From: Prorocentrum cordatum
Taxonomy: Eukaryota
Assembly (NCBI GenBank): GCA_963575745.1
Contig: CAUYUJ010000002.1
Coordinates: 2,170,001 to 2,234,000, forward strand
DNA: 64,000 nucleotides
Direction of reading: 5' to 3'
The number at the start of each line of letters is the position of its first letter. The first letter of the stretch is position 1. A program made the position numbers and the translations under genes. Below the pieces are notes generated by a model that did not search any database, was not told the origin of the DNA, and saw only the letters and a list, made by a program, of their open reading frames with translations. Below are positions 61,701-64,000 of the stretch, one piece after another.

Positions 61701-61968
61701 CGAGGGGGTCGAGGTGGACAGGAGGCGGGAGGACCCAGGCCTCAAGAACAGATCCCAGGCGGCCTCCCGGAAGCTCCTGGACAATCAGCTCATCAGTGTC
61801 ACGTATTCCCAGGAGGATCGTCCACATCCAGGTCCCGGAGTACGACCAGTCTTCGGTGGTGGTAGTGTGGTTGGTGGTCTTTCCTCCTCCTCTTCCTTTC
61901 CCTCCTGCACTCCTCCCTGTCTGTTTCAGCCGGCTAGTGTCAGCCTCTTCGATTTCAATTTTCAGTGA
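52723..61968 (+). CDS. Gag-PR-[linker]-MTase-like-IN-RT-RNase H polyprotein (3,081 aa from the first ATG)
   Basis: Zn knuckle CRTRNQKGHWSREC (54181); protease LVDPGA (D at 54391); IN H-H-CSEC, GVDLF, SDGGSEF, WQNGRVERH; RT KSRWCVHG, DVKNAF, YGLDDAP, EVDDF; RNase H FSDAG, STLAGE, VDAKS, DALTK. Confidence 0.95.
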   Translation: MTTRDGKEKESPAEAPASPAAGDTLAAVTPAQLKEMIVGVVRETMGAASSSQTPVAAATTAAEDPWLHGWTDSSAKGDRQEDPWNWSDAAGWRWGGAERQQGGDQGDSTNQAWEHWTGSSRGHFGTSAGDWWGWAAGGGKGDYSDPPPWPGFGHYRQWSRAIRRWSQNTDVATWRRAEKLFKLFDWNLQAKFEDIPESTLNSASWLEVILRRMDTMAGEREGDDLRRAGRRALYEAAREPRETLVQYVIRREAQLTEAEGHDMWFSPKLKGLLLEEGAGLSAQGQQNLRTLTHGRLDYDSVSWALRQMDATSSERLLPGRSAGTLLAGPAAEEPGDDERATAASQPPSSTPSFPAGRFEGGEETGDGSTDQEEVDDDFEDEAVLLEELEDLDLYEDQLDAALEAFAARPTGRSWKENKDLKRAAKRDREYYGGRRPAAGPRGATDKPKVERPSPPSKGAGRGDGRRGDRLRRRPTLTLEQKMKVTRCRTRNQKGHWSRECPKNAGADRRMAAYAFNGMASTDKVLSPEAMEIWRTVHREIKEDDTFLASLPCQGLVDPGAGSDLVGVQALNRESQALAEHGLRYVEVPAEHRRHVAAHGVGGPAKVVASILFPLCLFGVLGIIETAVLADDVPHIISVNLLDFLGCVLDLPENTLASSRIGETTKLTKLGSGHRMADIVRTLRPGTSVPAGALQRWPFLTANSFEYSGGPVQRMSDTGVVGHYIYLIISCALGLSIALRRTRSHRRGPWNSDFKAHLKDPEAQQTTDHEDPEDLQGDACEEYTRIADTENVLGFTGHLRIYSTEFESSCEDLSRTEQCQGQSRAQQGLAEPNRGLAEFRHTKVIRRELVKAEAITRTLSRNRMSLHRSSIPQWVTALASVAFLGSKLSSIDHPESIGSLSSQDQRQDNASSPGDADVSQHHGRGPRRTKESSTRPPVKGGTGPPAPRADSSGPARIRGANQRDGERDGSVSAGDGSSRGLEPLGRHQQRQQLGRSRSSARGSSRELRRLRTAELASTASADTEAHAEGIEGSLQAASSVRPSRRPEAAIRKSARARFQVRAVRLPPGVDASGAGGRCSSRTARVGGSGSPSGRCHGGEDHPDASGERGFRRRRSDPQRRERDLGDDDVSLPPSSESTRGTAATGQHPAGRRANAAAGGIQSDRQQQPAGGGTQAGVPVGGPHPTHARRLREFRGVHRLDCRSVDRDAARDNVDAPGSRSHAESFSAGSIICHRNGACDESARNGQLQQRERLAEWRSVDSHGTSLDGASSAAAGQDASCQAVPSSGDGDLFDPRGFRGGGHDLLHYHIGRHVGLGVDQSPCHCYSRHRARDSQSRRMCVAGSFTAGSCERKEREEGPPEHQGGLGSFPVGFPVFRAESNGAYATAGRGSKTTEDGLLESWIDGDLFNDDHESAWGPKVRRALDRQLETHGCPSSGAFSARQATKAKTSFMEVFSPPRIAPEVEKRGGRLGSSASFDRLTGWDSGIKEHVRHLWREIKKNDPETIWLSSECKVFSAINRINRDRRDPQRWHQQVLEGLRDLTLCMEIAKYQHSRGRFFVFEHPLYASSWHTEVVQLISSLPSVRRLRVDMCAFELRVDDRGLNKKPTGLLTNHPRILSLLDGKLCTGGHRHAILEGSRQTSRAAVYSSKFVRTAARAIVEHWSGSDEKVRPTWAQLVDESFPTIMAGEGLGTIPEEEEVGGSEASDGDEPETRPQQNSKSAEIPDEEPNEDEKRLLYKIHVNMGHPDSRKFCRVLRAGGVKAHLIRWVRHKFQCSECEERSKQGTHRRVALPRTFRFNHIVGVDLFYLEFLGQAVPFLNVVDHGSNLQVCTRVADARAATVWSGFVQSWIRPLGAPHLLISDGGSEFGGRFARGLEHWGVKHHVCDADSPWQNGRVERHGGWIKERARQEIDSGPGAPVSLEELDTLVYELTAHKNRFWHRGGFSPLQLVFGENPRLPHELLSDDASGLPGWQDLTRNPAELDEAGAEFCRAQEIRAAARRLAMEATAREKISKASRARNPNPRSYTPGQWVYVWRHMARATSRADSLGRRRDGWCGPGVVVLAEGGTVWVAVRARLWKCSAEQIRLASPEEEYGIQLAQSPQWQELMRQAHTRRATAVDVQREGPPPEDAWDDAIRRELDSGPQLPGAPCPPVREEVPAPETRRTDGTPDTSGPPPTPGVIPRRSPREAPSENGSMEAQAGSEVTRVPSTGGPEESSGRSSPHGGSASGHEVRSEEAEPTHTPALAPSESPDIPLDEGREIEDLERDHPESRLESPQEHARGPVTQAPRPRRLAQPQDVPACILRSRSGRAASEPPDKRVRIEPPPGLSEPSTSRPVDPSSSSSSATRVQEIQGGTEPRRSVSEIVKALEAGRRPERSRSPPREPERREEQEEEDFFLVPAGEAGSGLQAKTREQLGETYAASRGGEVSFKNLTPAERAKFQASDDKEWKSMVESGAVEVLGPKEAEVVRKECPDRIISSRMVRRWKPVEGIFKEPEAKSRWCVHGHKDPDAGSLQVYSPTPQTSSITLFVQVLMNLGMRADIADVKNAFCQSDKMVRSQGEIFVEPCDGVHLPAGSIIRLKVNVYGLDDAPVAWRRTVVSFLEQQGFSRTLLEPCWWCRYGSKGELLNMILLEVDDFFIGSLTEESRKWFRERLESRFRFGKYRDCHAGPVDYAGRRVTIGPNRATIDMEKYIMEELRPISLAKGRLAARDTPLEDSEFKALRSLVFKFNWIGREARPEASGPASILASRLKAATTGDISLANKLVKHLRATASRGIIVWRLDPERMSFASFSDAGGIGGPSLDGERGLPEDPTQGAWMVLACDKSIAENRCVKASILGWRISKLRRKVPSTLAGETQALAAAIAEVEYLQILYRDVVFRDVTIRDQHRCSGPFTTVLRRECRLGAREGQIHIVDAKSIYDTMLKEGNASAKDRRTAIDLAIICEALEQASGRIRWIPHGRMPVDALTKDDVTKCNAALFDLMTSGRIVLVDEGVEVDRRREDPGLKNRSQAASRKLLDNQLISVTYSQEDRPHPGPGVRPVFGGGSVVGGLSSSSSFPSCTPPCLFQPASVSLFDFNFQ
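55445..56671 (+). CDS. Overprinted 408-aa ORF in the +1 frame (hydrophobic N-terminus, coiled coils, Cys/His Zn motif)
   Basis: Frame open 55364-56671; MPLVLATLMFLSTTGVVRG; EERARQLREQIRRVQQEYEEL; CDHP..YGNQHGRGFKCGLCG; long amphipathic helical region. The polyprotein frame here is R/G/S-rich low complexity. Confidence 0.75.
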   Translation: MPLVLATLMFLSTTGVVRGGPKKAPPDLPSKEERARQLREQIRRVQQEYEELTNGMENETGAYQPETGAAAVSNHWVGTSSGSSSGAAAAAPGAAAASSGGCGRPSWPQQHPQIQKPMPKASKVPYKPPPQCDHPADRRQPYGNQHGRGFKCGLCGYRLEWTPREQEGGAPAERPESAAQAARRAAATAEKTIQMLQEKEGFVDGAATLNAVNGISAMMTSLSHHLQNLPEGLQLLANIQPVVEQMQQLVASNQIGSNSQLEEGLKQVYQSVVHIQRMLGVFENFGESIDSIADQLTAMQLETTSMHQAVDHMLNLLVQVASSVTAMAHAMNQHAMASSSSGSGWQSGDPWTPTAPAWTAPLAQPPAKTPPAKPFPAQATEICSIPEGSEEEDTTSSTTTSVGTWDLV

Positions 61969-62105
61969 TTGATCTTTGAACCATCCGCCCAGAGACAGGC
62001 AAGGAGACCTTGATGAATTCAGGTGCTCTCTGTCCCAAGGACAGGTTGTCGGACACAGGTTCGACCATAGTTATTCTCACTGTTTCTAGAAGTTGCTGAA
62101 CCTAC

Positions 62106-62121
62106 AAGAAAGTTTGGGGCA
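62106..62121 (+). promoter_or_regulatory. Polypurine-tract-like sequence
   Basis: AAGAAAGTTTGGGGCA immediately before the 3' LTR; imperfect. Confidence 0.55.
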
Positions 62122-62228
62122 TGTGAATGCCATCCAGATTTTAATCCCTAGGTTCAGCGTTTGGAGAGTCCGACCGTTTCGCGTTCTGGCTCAAGGGAAA
62201 AACATCCCAGGGGCGATCTGCTGCCACA
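62122..62228 (+). repeat. 3' LTR (107 bp)
   Basis: Identical to the 5' LTR. Confidence 0.97.
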
Positions 62229-63044
62229 GGTGGGGGAACCGCATGTGGACACCCCCTCCGGGGCCTTCGGTGGAGCTCCCTCTGGGGCTACGAAACGCTG
62301 CCCTGGGTGGGGGAACCGCATGCGGACACCCCCACTGGGGCCTTCGGTGGAGCTCCCTCTGGGGCTACGAAACGCTGCCCTGGGTGGGGGAACCGCATGT
62401 GGACACCCCCACTGGGGGTGGGGCGAAACGCTGCCCTGGGTGGGGGAACCGCATGTGGACACCCCCACTGGGGCCTTCGGTGGAGCTCCCTATGGGGCCA
62501 CGAAACGCTGCCCTGGGTGGGGGAACCGCATGTGGACACCCCCACTGGGGCCTTCGGTGGAGCTCCCTATGGGGCACGAAACGCTGCCCTGGGTGGGGGA
62601 ACCGCATGTGGACACCCCCACTGGGGCCTTCGGTGGAGCTCCCTATGGGGCTACGAAACGCTGCCCTGGGTGGGGGAACCGCATGTGGACACCCCCACTG
62701 GGGCCTTCGGTGGAGCTCCCTATGGGGCCACGAAACGCTGCCCTGGGTGGGGGAACCGCATGTGGACACCCCCACTGGGGCCTTCGGTGGAGCTCCATAT
62801 GGGGCTACGAAACGCGTGAGAGGTGTGCCGAGAGCAGAGGCAAGGAGGGGGAGGAGGGAGGAGGGGGAGGAGGAAGGAGAGGAACGCGGGGCACCGTCTC
62901 TTCAAAACGAGGACCCAACACCACAGGATGGTTGGGAAAAAACACGAGACGACGTGCACGCGCGCGTTGTCGCGCGCGCGTGCGGGAATCCCTCTAAGCC
63001 TTAATTCGGCTTCGCTTGGATTTGAAAAGAACCGAGCCCCCCGA

Positions 63045-63061
63045 CACACACACACACACAA

Positions 63062-63105
<44 letters not shown>

Positions 63106-63540
63106 GCATACATACATATAAATATATACAAATGATACCGGAGAAAACCCCAATCAGATTTTTGTTTGGGCTATAGGGCTATACGGCTATCGGGCTATAG
63201 GGCTATCGGGCTATAGGGCTATAGGACTGTGACCTATGGGGCTATGGGGCTATAGAGCTATATGGGCTATTGGGCTATAGGGATATAAGGCTATTAGGGC
63301 TATAGGGATATAAGGCTATAGGGCTACAGGGCTATACGGCTACACGGCTATACGGCTACTGGGCTATCGGCATCCCCGGGCACCCCTGGGCACCCCCGGG
63401 CACCCGGGCACCCCCTGGCACCCGGGCACCCCCGGGCACCCGGGCACCCGGGCACCCGGGCCCGGCCACCGAAATCGGCCACCCGGGCACCCCTGGGCAC
63501 CCGGGCACCCGGCCCCAGCCACCGAAATCGGCCGCCCACC
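63045..63540. repeat. (CA)/(TA) microsatellite, (GGGCTATA)n and (CCCGGGCA)n minisatellites
   Basis: Direct reading. Confidence 0.9.
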
Positions 63541-64000
63541 TCACTTCAGGTTTATATACGCTAGGATCCCTACAGAAGCAAGCTCTGATGGGGGAACATA
63601 TATAGATAAGCACATGGTTAGGTGAGGAGTTCAAACGCGAGTGCCCCGAAAAGTAAGTTAAATTGAAAGCAAATTGGTTTTGCAACATCAGTTTTCAAGG
63701 ATGCCTGCGCTCGCGCTTTTGCCAATTCTTATGAAAGCCATTCCGGTTCTCAGTATGTTCGTCCAAGTCGGCCAAACGGGTCGAAACCATTCAAACGCTC
63801 CTGCGCGCGCTGGGGGGGTGGGGGGGCACGATCCGCGTCAAATACAAACACGCGGGTCACTCTCGCGCGCCTGTCGCGCGCGCATGTCGAACATGTTCCA
63901 AAACGTGCATCGCCAACGCGAAGACTCCGTCATCGGCCGTCGTCGGCGCGATCAGCATCGGCACCGTCACTGGCCATGCCGTTATCGTTGTCATCGTCGC

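Larger units (their letters stand above)
52477..62228 (+). mobile_element. Full-length Copia-order LTR retrotransposon (9,752 bp)
   Basis: Identical 107-bp LTRs, GGTG TSD (52473-52476 / 62229-62232) that restores the repeat unit CCCTGGGTGGGGGAACC, PBS, PPT-like tract, uninterrupted polyprotein. Confidence 0.97.
51861..62940 (-). mobile_element. Helentron/DINE-1-like element copy B2, head-to-tail with B1, split by the LTR insertion
   Basis: Same head begins immediately after the B1 end; arrays at 51955-52476 and 62229-62815; same terminus at 62897-62940. Confidence 0.8.

Noticed and set aside
63170..63370. (GGGCTATA)n as a telomeric repeat
   Set aside because: Degenerate, internal and not a TTTAGGG/TTAGGG-type unit.

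Overview
GC-rich eukaryotic, repeat-dominated window with one 100-N scaffold gap and no host gene I can support. The element types suggest a dinoflagellate genome (inference). The main feature is an apparently intact, very young 9,752-bp LTR retrotransposon (52477-62228) with identical 107-bp TG..CA LTRs, a 4-bp GGTG target duplication and a tRNA-iMet-type PBS. Its single ~3,080-aa ORF has Copia order (Gag-PR-IN-RT-RH) but also carries a C5-DNA-methyltransferase-like domain before IN and hides a 408-aa second protein overprinted in the +1 frame. It is inserted in a 77-bp tandem array belonging to a multi-copy non-autonomous element with Helentron/DINE-1-like ends, which occurs head-to-tail. 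Also present: a decayed Copia relative carrying dUTPase plus the same MTase-like domain; a + strand LINE with a G-patch-like motif inside its RT region, C2H2 fingers and flanking paralogous coiled-coil/Trp-repeat ORFs; three further decayed LINEs (one with RNase H); a Pif1/Helitron helicase remnant; and many micro- and minisatellites. All domain calls come from motif reading by eye, not database searches.
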